A stretch of 64,000 bases of DNA from Betaproteobacteria bacterium (GCA_947474715.1 CANJJT010000002.1:47500-111499); one strand, 5' to 3'; positions 32,262 to 42,230 are shown, numbered from the stretch's first letter. Notes: generated by a model from the sequence alone, not told the origin. Program-made: numbers and translations.

Positions 32262-34117
32262 GCAGTGCCAGCGAGGATCACCCCGTGACCGGCAGCCGCG
32301 GTTCGCTGTTTCGCAAGTACGCGGTCTATTTTCTTGCGCTGATGTTCGTCACCCTCGCCTCCAGCAGCGGCCTGGGGCTGTACTTCACCTATCAGGAAAG
32401 CAAGTCCGCCCTGCTCGACCTGCAGCAGGAAAAGGCCGCCGCCGCCGCCTCGCGCATCGAAACCTATGTCCGGGAGATCGAGCACCAGCTGGGTTGGGTA
32501 CGCCTCGGCCAGCCCGAGGGCAACCCCATCGAATCGCAGCGGATCGACTACCTCAAATTGCTGCGCCAGGTACCCGCCATCACCGAAGTGTCGCTGCTCG
32601 ACCGCTACGGCCGCGAGCAGTTGAAGGTGTCGCGGCTGGGCATGGACGTGATCGGCAGCAAGGAGGATTTTTCGCAGGACCCTAAGTTCACCGCCACGCG
32701 CAAGGGCAAGACCTATTTCAGCCCGATCTATTTCCGCAAGGACACCGAGCCCTACATGACGATCTCGGTCGCGGGAATCGGCAAAGCGGCCGGCATCACG
32801 GTCACCGAAGTCAACCTCAAATTCATCTGGGACGTGATCACCCGCATCCGCATCGGCGGCAACGGACTGGCCTATGCCGTCGATTCGCGCGGGCAGCTGA
32901 TCGCCCACCCGGACATCAGCCGCGTGCTGCAAAAGTCGGATCTCTCCGCCATGCCGCAGATCCAGGCCGCCATCGCATCCGGCGATCCAGCCACGTCGCG
33001 GCGCGTGAGCATTGCGCGGGACCTGAAGAACCAGGAGGTCCTCACCGCCCATGCCTCCATCCCGGAGCTGGGTTGGCATGTGTTCGCCGAACAGCCGCTG
33101 GCCGAGGCGCTGGGGCCGCTGTTCGCCTCGCTGCAGCGCACCGCCCTGCTGCTGCTGATGGGCCTGGTTCTGGCCGCCGCCGCCAGTCTATACGCGGCTC
33201 AGCGCATGGTGCGCCCGATCCAGGCCCTTCGCGCCGGCGCCGCCGAGATCGCCCGCGGCCATCTCAACCAGCGCATCGAGGTGCGCACCGGTGACGAGCT
33301 GGAAGCCCTCGGCGACGAGTTCAACAACATGGCCAGGCAGCTTCAGGAGTCCTATGCGGACCTGGAACGCAGGGTGCAGGAGCGCACGCGCGACCTGCAG
33401 ATCGCCAACCGCCACAAGACGGAGTTCCTGGCCAACATGTCGCATGAGCTGCGCACCCCGCTCAACGCCATCATCGGCTTTTCCGAAGTGCTCCAGGAGC
33501 GCATGTTCGGCGAGCTGAACGGGAAGCAGGCCGAGTACATCAACGACATCCACAGCTCCGGCCGCCATCTGCTCTCGCTCATCAACGACATCCTCGATCT
33601 GTCCAAGATCGAGGCCGGCCGCATGGAGCTGGAGATCACCACCTTTCACCTTCCCACGGCCATCGACAATGCGCTCACCCTGATGCGCGAGCGCGCCGGG
33701 CGCAATCACATCAATCTCAAGGCGGATGTCGACCCGGCGATCGAGGGCATCACGGCCGATGAGCGCAAGGTCAAACAGATCCTGCTCAACCTGCTATCCA
33801 ACGCGGTGAAGTTCACCCCTGAAGGCGGCCGGGTCGAGATCAACGCACGCCAGGACGAGCATCAGGTGGTGATTGCAGTGTCCGACACCGGCGTGGGCAT
33901 CGCGCCTGAGGACCACGAGGCGGTGTTCAAGGAGTTCCGTCAGGTAGGCGATGACTACACCCGTAAATCCGAAGGCACAGGCCTCGGCCTGACGCTCACG
34001 CGCCGCATGGTCGAGTTGCACGGCGGGACCATCACCCTGGAGAGCGCCCCCGGTCAGGGCTCGTGCTTCCGCTTCACCCTGCTGCGGCAGCCGTACGCCG
34101 CAGCAGCAACGGCATAG
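32258..34117 (+). CDS. Sensor histidine kinase (periplasmic Cache-like domain, HAMP, HisKA, HATPase)
   Basis: Two TM segments flank a ~270-aa sensor. HAMP (RPIQALRAGAAEIARGHLNQRIEVRTGDELEALGDEFNNMARQL), H-box FLANMSHELRTPLNAIIGFSE, G-boxes DTGVGI and GTGLGLT. Confidence 0.9.
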   Translation: MSSASEDHPVTGSRGSLFRKYAVYFLALMFVTLASSSGLGLYFTYQESKSALLDLQQEKAAAAASRIETYVREIEHQLGWVRLGQPEGNPIESQRIDYLKLLRQVPAITEVSLLDRYGREQLKVSRLGMDVIGSKEDFSQDPKFTATRKGKTYFSPIYFRKDTEPYMTISVAGIGKAAGITVTEVNLKFIWDVITRIRIGGNGLAYAVDSRGQLIAHPDISRVLQKSDLSAMPQIQAAIASGDPATSRRVSIARDLKNQEVLTAHASIPELGWHVFAEQPLAEALGPLFASLQRTALLLLMGLVLAAAASLYAAQRMVRPIQALRAGAAEIARGHLNQRIEVRTGDELEALGDEFNNMARQLQESYADLERRVQERTRDLQIANRHKTEFLANMSHELRTPLNAIIGFSEVLQERMFGELNGKQAEYINDIHSSGRHLLSLINDILDLSKIEAGRMELEITTFHLPTAIDNALTLMRERAGRNHINLKADVDPAIEGITADERKVKQILLNLLSNAVKFTPEGGRVEINARQDEHQVVIAVSDTGVGIAPEDHEAVFKEFRQVGDDYTRKSEGTGLGLTLTRRMVELHGGTITLESAPGQGSCFRFTLLRQPYAAAATA

Positions 34118-34128
34118 GGGAATCCACC

Positions 34129-34509
34129 ATGGCACAGAAGATACTCATCGTCGAGGACAATGAAAAGAACCGCAAGCTGGCACGCGACATCCTGCAGTAT
34201 CACGGCTTCGACATCCTCGAGGCGGACAATGCGGAGTCCGGGATAGAGATCGCCAATCGCGAGTCACCGGCCTTGATCCTGATGGACTTCCATCTGCCCG
34301 GCATGAATGGCATCGAGGCGCTGGCCGCACTGCGCTCGGGCGAGGCCACCAGGGGCATCCCGGTGATGGCCGTCACCGCCTCGGCCATGACCGAAGAGAG
34401 GGTGAAAATCATTGCCGCCGGCTTTGACGGGCTGCAGACCAAGCCGATTCACCTCAAGGAATTCGTGGAGGCGGTCAAGATCCTGGCAGCCAAGGGTTCG
34501 GCAAGATGA
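34129..34509 (+). CDS. Single-domain (CheY-like) response regulator
   Basis: MAQKILIVEDNEKNRKLARDIL..LILMDFHLPGMNG..VTASAM..KP; 126 aa. The stop overlaps the next start (ATGA). Confidence 0.9.
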   Translation: MAQKILIVEDNEKNRKLARDILQYHGFDILEADNAESGIEIANRESPALILMDFHLPGMNGIEALAALRSGEATRGIPVMAVTASAMTEERVKIIAAGFDGLQTKPIHLKEFVEAVKILAAKGSAR

Positions 34510-35647
34510 GCAGCCAGGCTTCGCAACCTGCCCCAGCGCGTCCATCAAGGATACTGGTCGTCGATGACACGCCCATGAATGTGAAGATGCTGGCCGACAT
34601 TCTGACCTTCCGGGGTTATCAGGTGCATACCGCGTCCGGCGGGCGCGAGGGCCTGCAGTCCATGGCGGAACACGCCCCGGACCTGGTGCTGCTGGACGTG
34701 ATGATGCCGGAGATGAACGGCTATGAAGTATGCAAAGCCATCCGCGCCGACCCGGCCACCGAAATGACCCCGTCGTGATGGTCACTGCGCTCGACCCCGC
34801 GCAGGAGCGGGTGAAGGGCATCGAGGCCGGTGCCGATGACTTTCTCAGCAAGCCCATCAACCAGGCCGAACTGCTGGCGCGCGTTCGCTCCCTGCTGCGG
34901 ATCAAGGCTTATCAGGACACCATCGCCGAGCAAGCGCGCGAACTGAAGGCCTGGAACGAGACCCTGGGGCAGCGCGTGCACCAGCAGGTCGCCGAACTCG
35001 AATCCCTGGGCCGGCTGAAGGGGTTTTTCTCTCCGGAACTGGCCCAGGCCATCGTGTCCGGTGGTGCCAATGAAATCCTCAAGCCGCATCGGCGCGAGAT
35101 CACCGTGCTGTTCCTCGACCTGCGTGGCTTCACCGCCTTTACCGAGTCGGCCGAGCCCGAGGAGGTGCTGGGCGCGCTCGCCCAGTATCACGAACTGGTG
35201 GGCAGCCTCGTGTCCCGGCACCAGGGCATGGTGGAGCACTTTGCGGGCGATGGCATGATGATCTTCTTCAACGATCCGATACCGCTGCCGGATGCACCGG
35301 CCCAGGCTGCCACCATGGCCCTCACGCTGACGGAGCGCTTCGCGTCGCTGCGCACCGCCTGGCGCCGGCAAGGCCACGAACTGGACCTTGGCATCGGCAT
35401 GGCCGTGGGTTACGCCACCCTGGGGGCCATCGGCTTCGAAGGCCGGCGCGAGTACGCCGCCATCGGCAGCGTGAACAATCTCAGCGCTCGTCTGTGCAGC
35501 GAGGCGCAGGGCGGACAGATACTGACCAATCTGAAAACCCTGAACCGGATCGAGGACGTGGTACTCGCCGAACCCGTGGGCGAGCGTATCCTGAAAGGCT
35601 TTGCCCAGCCGGTATCCCTATTCAATATCACCGGACTGCGGGGCTGA
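34506..35647 (+). pseudogene. Response-regulator receiver fused to a class III adenylate/guanylate cyclase, interrupted as sequenced by a 1-nt frameshift near 34768-34771
   Basis: Frame 1 gives [49 protein letters not shown]. The next frame continues [29 protein letters not shown], a coiled coil, then the cyclase core ([51 protein letters not shown]). Confidence 0.85.
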
Positions 35648-35768
35648 ACTCCATGGCCATGCAGATCAGTCACTTTTGTCCGGACAGAGAGGGTGCTGCG
35701 TACGGCATGGTGCCGCCGCACAGGTATCCTGTGCTCCGCCGGCAGACTCAACACAGGAAGGGAAGTCC

Positions 35769-36818
35769 ATGAGCATCCACACCATCAAACCCGCTGACTG
35801 GATGGACGACGACTGGGAGCGCTCGCAGGCCGCGCTCGAGGGCATGGGCGACGGACTGCCGCTGGTGGTGCCCACCCCCGCCCGGGTGGAAGCCATGCTG
35901 AAGGCAGTGGGCGCCAATGGCAGCGAGGCGATCGCCGTGCTGGCCCCGGCCTTCGGCGAGGCCACCTGGCGCAATGTCGCCGAGAACGCCGTGATGGCGG
36001 GCTGCCTGCCTGAATACCTGCCGGTGGTCGCCGCCGCTGCAGCGGCAGTGGCGAAGGATGAATACAACCTGCTCGGCATCCAGACCACCACCGGCAATGC
36101 CGCGCCCATGCTCATCGTCAACGGCCCTGTCGCCCTGCGCATCGGCATGAATGCCGCCGGCAATGCGCTCGGGCCGGGCAACCGCGCCAACGCCACCATC
36201 GGCCGCGCCCTGCGCCTGGTGCTGCAGAACGTCGCCGGTGCCAAGCCGGGCGAGATGGACATGGCCACCCTTGGGCATCCGGGCAAGTACACCTGCGCCT
36301 TTGCCGAGAACGAAGCCGCCAGCCCCTGGCCGCCTTTCCACACCACGCGCGGCTACACCCGCGAGCAGAGCGTGGTCACCGTGCTGGGCTGCTCCGGCTT
36401 CATCGAGGTGGTGGACTCCACCAGCGCCAAACCGGAAGACCTGATCCGCACCTTTGCCAGCTCCATGGTGTTCGCCGGCAGCGTCGGCCAGACCGGCATC
36501 GTCGCCAGCGGCCAGCCCCTGCTGATCATGCCGCCCGAACACGCCGAGCATTTCCACCGCGAAGGCTGGTCACGCGAGGACGTGCAGGCCGCGCTGCTGC
36601 GCGAAGCCACGCTGCCGCTGGAACGGCTGTCGCCCGCGGTGCGGCAACGCATCACCGAACATCGCGCCAGTACCGGCGAGGACATCGGCGCGCCGGTGCA
36701 TATCGCGCACGAGGCGAAGGACATCCTCATCGTCGTCGCGGGCGGCCCCGGCGTGAAGGCGGCCTATGTGCCGACCTGGAGCGGGTCGAAGGCCGTGAGT
36801 CAGCTGATCCGCACGTGA
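35769..36818 (+). CDS. Conserved protein of unknown function; paralog of the C-terminal domain of the UGSC fusion protein
   Basis: 349 aa from ATG 35769 (AGGAAGGGAAG upstream). Shares the blocks NAVMAG, LLGIQTTT, GRALRLVLQNVAGAKPGEMDMATLGHPGKYTC..AENE, PPEHAEH and ILIVVAGGPG with 42425-43500 (minus strand). Confidence 0.8.
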   Translation: MSIHTIKPADWMDDDWERSQAALEGMGDGLPLVVPTPARVEAMLKAVGANGSEAIAVLAPAFGEATWRNVAENAVMAGCLPEYLPVVAAAAAAVAKDEYNLLGIQTTTGNAAPMLIVNGPVALRIGMNAAGNALGPGNRANATIGRALRLVLQNVAGAKPGEMDMATLGHPGKYTCAFAENEAASPWPPFHTTRGYTREQSVVTVLGCSGFIEVVDSTSAKPEDLIRTFASSMVFAGSVGQTGIVASGQPLLIMPPEHAEHFHREGWSREDVQAALLREATLPLERLSPAVRQRITEHRASTGEDIGAPVHIAHEAKDILIVVAGGPGVKAAYVPTWSGSKAVSQLIRT

Positions 36819-36926
36819 TGCATGCCGGGATACGCGCCGAACCCGGGCAGTGAAGCCGATAAAATCTGGCGCAATATAGTGCGTCGGCGTGCGCTAATAG
36901 AACGCCTCCCACTTCGGAGAATCCCC

Positions 36927-37913
36927 ATGACCACCCCATCCCGAACCCTCCTGCAGGCCACGCTGGGCGCAGCCGTTGCCAGCGGGATCCTCACCGCCCC
37001 CGCCCACGCTCAGACCGGCTATCCCAATCGCCCGGTGCGCGTGGTGGTGCCCTTCGTGCCCGGCGGCAGTACCGACATCATCGGCCGCACGGTGGCGCAG
37101 AAGCTGAGCGAGGCCTGGGGCCAGTCGGTGCTGGTGGACAACCGCGGCGGCGGGGCGACCATCATGGGCACGGAGATCGTGGCCAAGGCGCCCCCTGACG
37201 GCTACACGCTGCTGATCGCCTCGGCTTCCTTCACCACCAAAATGAGTCTGGTGGACAAGCTCCCCTACGACACGCAGGCCGACTTCACGCCAATCACCCT
37301 GATCAACACCACGCCGCTGGTGCTGGTCGTGTCGCCCAACAGCCCGGCGAAGACGGTGAAGGACCTGATCGCGCTGGCAAAGGCCAAGCCCGGCCAGTTG
37401 AATTACGGGTCGTCAGGGATGGGCGGGTCCAACCACCTGTCAGGGGAATTGTTCGCCGCCATGGCCGGCATCCAGGCCTCGCATGTGCCCTACAAGGGCA
37501 ATGCGCCGGCGCTCACCGACCTGATGGGCGGCCGCGTTGATTTCATCTTCAATGGCGCCACCGCCGTGATGCCGCTGGTCAAGGCGGGCAAGCTGCGCGC
37601 CCTGGGCGTGACCAGCCGCGAACGCGCGGGCGCGGCGCCGGACCTGCCCACCATGGACGAATCCGGACTCAAGGGCTATTCGGCCGTGGCCTTCAATGGC
37701 ATCGTCGCTCCGGCCAGGACGCCGCGGGACATCATCGCCAGGATCAATGCCGATGCGGTGAAAGGCATCCAATCCGCCGATACCCGCGAGCGCCTGAAGG
37801 CCGACGGCTCCGACCCGGTGGGCAGCACGCCCGAACAGTTCGCCGCCTTCCTCAAGGAGGAGATGGGCAAGTGGGCGAAGATCATCAAGGACAACGGGAT
37901 CAGAGGCGAGTGA
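36927..37913 (+). CDS. Bug-family substrate-binding protein, no. 4
   Basis: AQTGYPNRPVRVVVPFVPGGSTDI..LNYGSSGMGGSNHLSGELF..VPYKGNAPALTDLMGGRVD. Confidence 0.9.
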   Translation: MTTPSRTLLQATLGAAVASGILTAPAHAQTGYPNRPVRVVVPFVPGGSTDIIGRTVAQKLSEAWGQSVLVDNRGGGATIMGTEIVAKAPPDGYTLLIASASFTTKMSLVDKLPYDTQADFTPITLINTTPLVLVVSPNSPAKTVKDLIALAKAKPGQLNYGSSGMGGSNHLSGELFAAMAGIQASHVPYKGNAPALTDLMGGRVDFIFNGATAVMPLVKAGKLRALGVTSRERAGAAPDLPTMDESGLKGYSAVAFNGIVAPARTPRDIIARINADAVKGIQSADTRERLKADGSDPVGSTPEQFAAFLKEEMGKWAKIIKDNGIRGE

Positions 37914-38081
37914 GGCTGGCGCACGGCCTGCGGTAATCGGCGCAGTGATGGTTACGGCGCCCCGCAAGGCAGCGCAGACACTGCGCAAGCGTTGAAACCC
38001 GGAAATGATTCCAAGCCCTAGTAATATGATCAATTAGAGATCATATCTTCTGTGTTTATTACGTCTACATAAGCATTGTGA

Positions 38082-38492
38082 TCACGGCTCCGGGGTGCCG
38101 GTGTCCTGGGTGCCCAGCGCTATGCCCGCCCGCGCAGCAGCAGCCAGGGCCTGGTATCTGACCTTGAAGGCGTCCAGAGTTTCTTCCTCCAGTTCTTCCA
38201 GGTCGAGCAGGGCGTTGTGCGCGCCACGGGTGGCGCGTATCAGCTCGTCGAGCTTGAGCTGTATCGCCTCGGTGTCGCGGTTCTGGGTGTTCTGGATGAG
38301 AAAGACCATGAGGAAAGTGACGATGGTGGTGCCGGTGTTGATGACCAGTTGCCAGGTGTCGCTGAAACCGAAGACCGGTCCGGTAATGACCCAAACGATG
38401 ATGATGGCCACGGCAAAGGTGAACATGGGCGGGCGGCCGCAATAGCGGGAGGCGGTCTTGGCCAGGCCTGAGTACAGCGCGGTGGGTTTCAT
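38082..38492 (-). CDS. Low-affinity iron permease family (Fet4-like, PF04120-type) membrane protein
   Basis: FTFAVAIIIVWVITGPVFGFSDTWQLVINTGTTIVTFLMVFLIQNTQNRDTEAIQLKLDELI is the family core. Start at MKPTALYS (38492). Confidence 0.8.
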   Translation of the reverse strand: MKPTALYSGLAKTASRYCGRPPMFTFAVAIIIVWVITGPVFGFSDTWQLVINTGTTIVTFLMVFLIQNTQNRDTEAIQLKLDELIRATRGAHNALLDLEELEEETLDAFKVRYQALAAAARAGIALGTQDTGTPEP

Positions 38493-38517
38493 GGGCGAAC
38501 TCCAGTCTGAAGAAACG

Positions 38518-38612
38518 CTGATCAAGTATCGAACGAGGATAGCCGTTGAAATGTTTCCTCTGAAGTAGGAGATATACAAGGGGACCTAGCCCACTTGTTC
38601 AGTCCTTCCCTG
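38518..38612. repeat. ~95-bp dispersed repeat, copy B (leader-like element)
   Basis: Homologous to 21716-21810. The core again ends exactly 25 nt from a minus-strand ATG (38492). Its distal 27 nt supply the last codons and the stop of the upstream DinB-like gene. Confidence 0.8.
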
Positions 38613-39425
38613 GGCGCGTCCCTGCGTGTAACGGCTGCCCGGCGCTGGCGGCACCCGCGGCGGGCCGGCAAAGCACTGGGCATTGGCCATCCAGTTCGCG
38701 GCAACTTCGCCGGACACCTGCAAGCGGGTGTCGGCGACGTTGCGCGTCTGCGCCACCACCTGGCAGAACTCGCTGGCGGAACCGGCGATACATTCTGCTG
38801 CAGGCGCCGTGCCGGGCCACTCCCAGGCCTTGCCCGAAGGCGCGACCAGGCTGACGGTGGGACGTTCCGCCGGCACCGGCAGACCACGGTTGGAGAAGCT
38901 CCAGCCGAAGGTGTTCACGCCCAACGTGGCGATGTGGTGGATGCGGTCGGTGTCCTCGCGCCCCACGCCCAGCAGGTCGTAGATCTCCTGGCCGTGAGCC
39001 CAGGTCTCCATGAGCCGCGCGCTGATGCTGGAGCGTGCACTCATGTCCCGCCCGGCCCAGGGCACGCGCTGCCTGGGATCGGCCTCTGCGAAGGCCGCCA
39101 CCAGCGCCAAATACTGCGCATGCCACCGGGCCAGCAGCTCGCGGCCGGTGATGTTGCCGATGCTGTGGTGCTGCAGGGTGAGGTTGCTGGCACCGGTCTG
39201 GCGCGCCACCTGCGCGCGCTCCTGCCGGGTCTTCAGGTAGGCATCGCGATCGGTGAGTGACACCAGGGCCGAGATATTGCCGCTGTGCAGGTGGGCCATG
39301 ACGTCATTGATGGTCCAGCCATTGAACTGCGTGGGCTCGGCCCATGCGCCGTCCGTGAGCGGCTGGAGCAGTCGGTACAGGGCCTCGCTCTCCTCGCCGA
39401 ATGCCGCGCTCTCTGCTGCAAGCAT
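38586..39425 (-). CDS. DinB-like / mycothiol-maleylpyruvate-isomerase N-terminal domain protein (TIGR03084-like)
   Basis: Start at MLAAESAAFGEESEALYRLL. WTINDVMAHLH..SARLMETWAHGQEIYDLLG..SASEFCQVVAQTRNVADTRLQVSG. The longer 425-aa ORF N-terminus (Arg/Pro-rich) was rejected. Confidence 0.75.
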   Translation of the reverse strand: MLAAESAAFGEESEALYRLLQPLTDGAWAEPTQFNGWTINDVMAHLHSGNISALVSLTDRDAYLKTRQERAQVARQTGASNLTLQHHSIGNITGRELLARWHAQYLALVAAFAEADPRQRVPWAGRDMSARSSISARLMETWAHGQEIYDLLGVGREDTDRIHHIATLGVNTFGWSFSNRGLPVPAERPTVSLVAPSGKAWEWPGTAPAAECIAGSASEFCQVVAQTRNVADTRLQVSGEVAANWMANAQCFAGPPRVPPAPGSRYTQGRAQGRTEQVG

Positions 39426-39661
39426 GTTTCCTCCTCCGGGCTGATGGTTGTCGCGGGTGTGGCTGTCGCGCTTATGGTCACGCACGCGCTGATCAAGTTC
39501 AAGGCATGCCCATGATCGGGAAAGCCTGCCTCTGACGTGGGGCAGGCCCCAAGGGGATCGTGTCCCTCTTTGATCAATACTTCGTCCTGACTGGCCGGGG
39601 CAGTGTAGCCCTCTTGCAGCGGGCCATGCTTCCCCGGACAGTGGACGTCCGAAGCGCCGCT

Positions 39662-40069
39662 TCAATCCCCGCGCCTGAAGCGCTCCAGCTCGCGCCGGTC
39701 GCGTTTGGTGGGACGACCGGGCACCACCGGCTGGGGGCCGGACTTGCGCATGGCGATCAGGGTCTTGCGCCGCTCGATGCTCTGCTCGCTTTCTTCGTAC
39801 AGGCGTGCCGCCTCCACTGCCGGGCCGCGCTGGTCGGACAGGGCACGCACCTGGATCTGCCACACCAGTTCTCCGGCGCGGATTTCGATCTGGTCACCCG
39901 GTTTGAGTTCACGCGCCGGCTTGACGCGATCACCCGCCACCCGCACACGCCCCGCCTCCACGGCCTGCGCCGCCAGGCTGCGCGTCTTGAAAAAGCGCGC
40001 AGCCCATAACCACTTGTCGATGCGCAGGCGGCCAAGTCCGGCATCGGCTGCGCTGTTGGTGTGCTTCAT
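39662..40069 (-). CDS. hslR: Heat-shock protein 15-like RNA-binding S4-domain protein
   Basis: LRIDKWLWAARFFKTRSLAAQAVEAGRVRVAGDRVKPARELKPGDQIEI S4 domain with a basic C-terminal tail. Confidence 0.8.
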   Translation of the reverse strand: MKHTNSAADAGLGRLRIDKWLWAARFFKTRSLAAQAVEAGRVRVAGDRVKPARELKPGDQIEIRAGELVWQIQVRALSDQRGPAVEAARLYEESEQSIERRKTLIAMRKSGPQPVVPGRPTKRDRRELERFRRGD

Positions 40070-40249
40070 CAGCTCTCCGCTTTACGCTTTCCGCGCTGCA
40101 CATGGCAGGCGGCAAATGTTTTCAGATCGGTAATAGTTGGCATGGTGCCGGGCTGCTTCCATCTTATGCTGACATCATGAAATCGGCAGCAGGCCGCGCA
40201 CCGACCACAGACGCAGCAAAAAAGCCGCACCACAAAGTCAGGATGCACC

Positions 40250-40951
40250 ATGACACGCCCGCAATCCATCCCCCATGGCGGACTGATTTCCCGCAAGGTC
40301 GAGGAGATCAACGAAGTCCTCAACGCCCTGCTGGAAGAGGAGCAGTCCGTCACCACCATCCTGGACAAGGAAGGCACGGCCTTCAGCTCGCAACTGGTGT
40401 TCATCGACCCGCAACGGCACTATATCTGCCTCGCCCTGTCGGCCAATCCGCAGGCCAACGCCTCGCTGCTGGCACGCCCGCGCGCGAGCTTCATCTCGGC
40501 CTCGCCGCACTGGCACCACGAATTCGTGGCGGCCGAACCATGCCGATCCGAACTGCTGGGCGAACCGGTGATACGCATGGCCTTTCCCAGTGTCGTGGTC
40601 AGCCAGGAACGGCGCCGTGTCGAACCGCGTGCCGAAGCCCCGGGCCCCTTCATGCTGAAGTGCCTGGCCGACGCGCGCGGCATTGCCCCTTTCGAGGGTG
40701 ACATCATCGACATCAGCCATCGCGGCATTGGTTTTCTGCTCTACCAGGTGGACATCACGCTGGAGCCGGGCACGGTGCTGCACGGCTGCCGCATCGAGCG
40801 CGCCGGCGAAGCGCCCATCTCGGTGGACCTGGAAGTCCGCTATTCCACCAGCGTGCCCCTGCCCAACGGCGGCTACGCGCACCGCTCCGGCTGCCTGTTC
40901 CTCAATCCCACGCGGCGCGTGACCGAACTGATCGAGGCCTTCAACGCCTGA
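40250..40951 (+). CDS. YcgR-like PilZ-domain (c-di-GMP binding) protein
   Basis: YcgR-type N-domain, then PilZ motifs QERRRVEPR and DIIDISHRGIGF (RxxxR ... D/NxSxxG). Confidence 0.75.
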   Translation: MTRPQSIPHGGLISRKVEEINEVLNALLEEEQSVTTILDKEGTAFSSQLVFIDPQRHYICLALSANPQANASLLARPRASFISASPHWHHEFVAAEPCRSELLGEPVIRMAFPSVVVSQERRRVEPRAEAPGPFMLKCLADARGIAPFEGDIIDISHRGIGFLLYQVDITLEPGTVLHGCRIERAGEAPISVDLEVRYSTSVPLPNGGYAHRSGCLFLNPTRRVTELIEAFNA

Positions 40952-41004
40952 GGCAGGCGGGTGGCGTTCCGTCACCGGGATCATGTGCAAACGGTCTCGC
41001 CGCG

Positions 41005-41994
41005 TTACTCCCCGACGATCCCCAGGTCGGTGATCAGCTTGCCCCAGGCAGCCCGCTCCGACTGCAGGAAGGCGGTCAGTTGCTCCGGTGTGCCGCCGGT
41101 CACTTCCAGCCCCAGCTTCTCCGTCTGCGCCCGGTAGGACGGCTTGTTCACCGCGGCATTGCCCGCGGCATTCATGCGCGAAACGATGGCGGTCGGCAGC
41201 CTGGCTGGCGCGACGATGCACCAGAAGGTGTAGGTGGTGAAGCCCTTCAATCCGGCCTCGGTGAAGGACGGCACATCAGGCAAGGCTGCAACACGCTTGT
41301 CCGAAGAAATGGCGAGGATACGCAGCTTGCCTGAACGCACCTGCTCCGACAGTTGCAGCGGATGGCCGAAGGTCATGTGGATCTGCCCGGCGAGCAGGTC
41401 GGTGAGCGCAGGACCGGTGCCCTTGTAGGGAATGTGCACCAGGTGGATGCCCGCCATGTGCTCGAACATTTCGCCGGCCAGGTGACTGCCGGTGCCCACG
41501 CCGGCGCTGCTGTAGTTGAACCTGCCCGGCCCGGCCTTGGCGAGCGCAATGAACTCACGCAGGTTCTTTGCCGGCACCTGCGGATTCACGTACAGGGCCA
41601 GGCCGTTGCGCGTGAGATTGACCACCGAGGTGAAATCCCGGTCCGGGTCATAGGGCAGGGTCTTGCCGGCGTTCTTCGCCAGATAGGGTGCCGAAATCAG
41701 GCTGCCCGCCGCACCGAACAGGAAGGTGTAGCCATCGGGTGTGGCGCGCGCCACCAGTTCCGAGCCGACCGATCCGCCTGCGCCAGGCCGGTGCTCCATC
41801 AGCACCGACTGCCCGAGTTCCGTCGTCAGCAGGTCCACCACGGGACGCATCACCACGTCGCCGATGCCACCGGCGGCAAAGGGCATGACGATGCGCACCG
41901 GCTTCTGCGGCCAGGTCTGGGCCTGTGCGGGCTGCAGTGCTGCGAGGCTGAGTGCGAGGACGGCGAAGGCGCTGCGGATGTGGATGCGGGTCAT
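41005..41994 (-). CDS. Bug-family substrate-binding protein, no. 5
   Basis: Start MTRIHIRS (AGGAGGAAGC upstream). AQTWPQKPVRIVMPFAAGGIGD..FNYSSAGVGTGSHLAGEMF..IPYKGTGPALTDLLAGQIH. Confidence 0.9.
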   Translation of the reverse strand: MTRIHIRSAFAVLALSLAALQPAQAQTWPQKPVRIVMPFAAGGIGDVVMRPVVDLLTTELGQSVLMEHRPGAGGSVGSELVARATPDGYTFLFGAAGSLISAPYLAKNAGKTLPYDPDRDFTSVVNLTRNGLALYVNPQVPAKNLREFIALAKAGPGRFNYSSAGVGTGSHLAGEMFEHMAGIHLVHIPYKGTGPALTDLLAGQIHMTFGHPLQLSEQVRSGKLRILAISSDKRVAALPDVPSFTEAGLKGFTTYTFWCIVAPARLPTAIVSRMNAAGNAAVNKPSYRAQTEKLGLEVTGGTPEQLTAFLQSERAAWGKLITDLGIVGE

Positions 41995-42230
41995 GCTTCC
42001 TCCTGTTTCATTGCATGGGCAAAGTCCCTGCCCCTTGTTCAAATCACGCCTGCGAAATCCTCCGCTCGCGCTTGCGCGCGAGCCACCCCCTTGGACAAGG
42101 CTCTTCACCGATTTCCGGAGGAATGAACTGCGCTCCAGGATGAGTCAATACACCGCGTCTTTATCCTGAAAGGTACCTTTTCGGTGCCTGTAAATTGCGA
42201 CTTGAGCATTGCTGAACACTGTGAATCCCC

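Noticed and set aside
38024-38046. AT-rich palindrome ATATGATC-AATTAGA-GATCATAT between convergent genes as a terminator or operator
   Set aside because: An all-A/T-rich 8-bp stem with only a weak T-rich tail. It cannot be distinguished from chance in an AT-rich spacer. It is mentioned only as part of the TGATCA motif observation.
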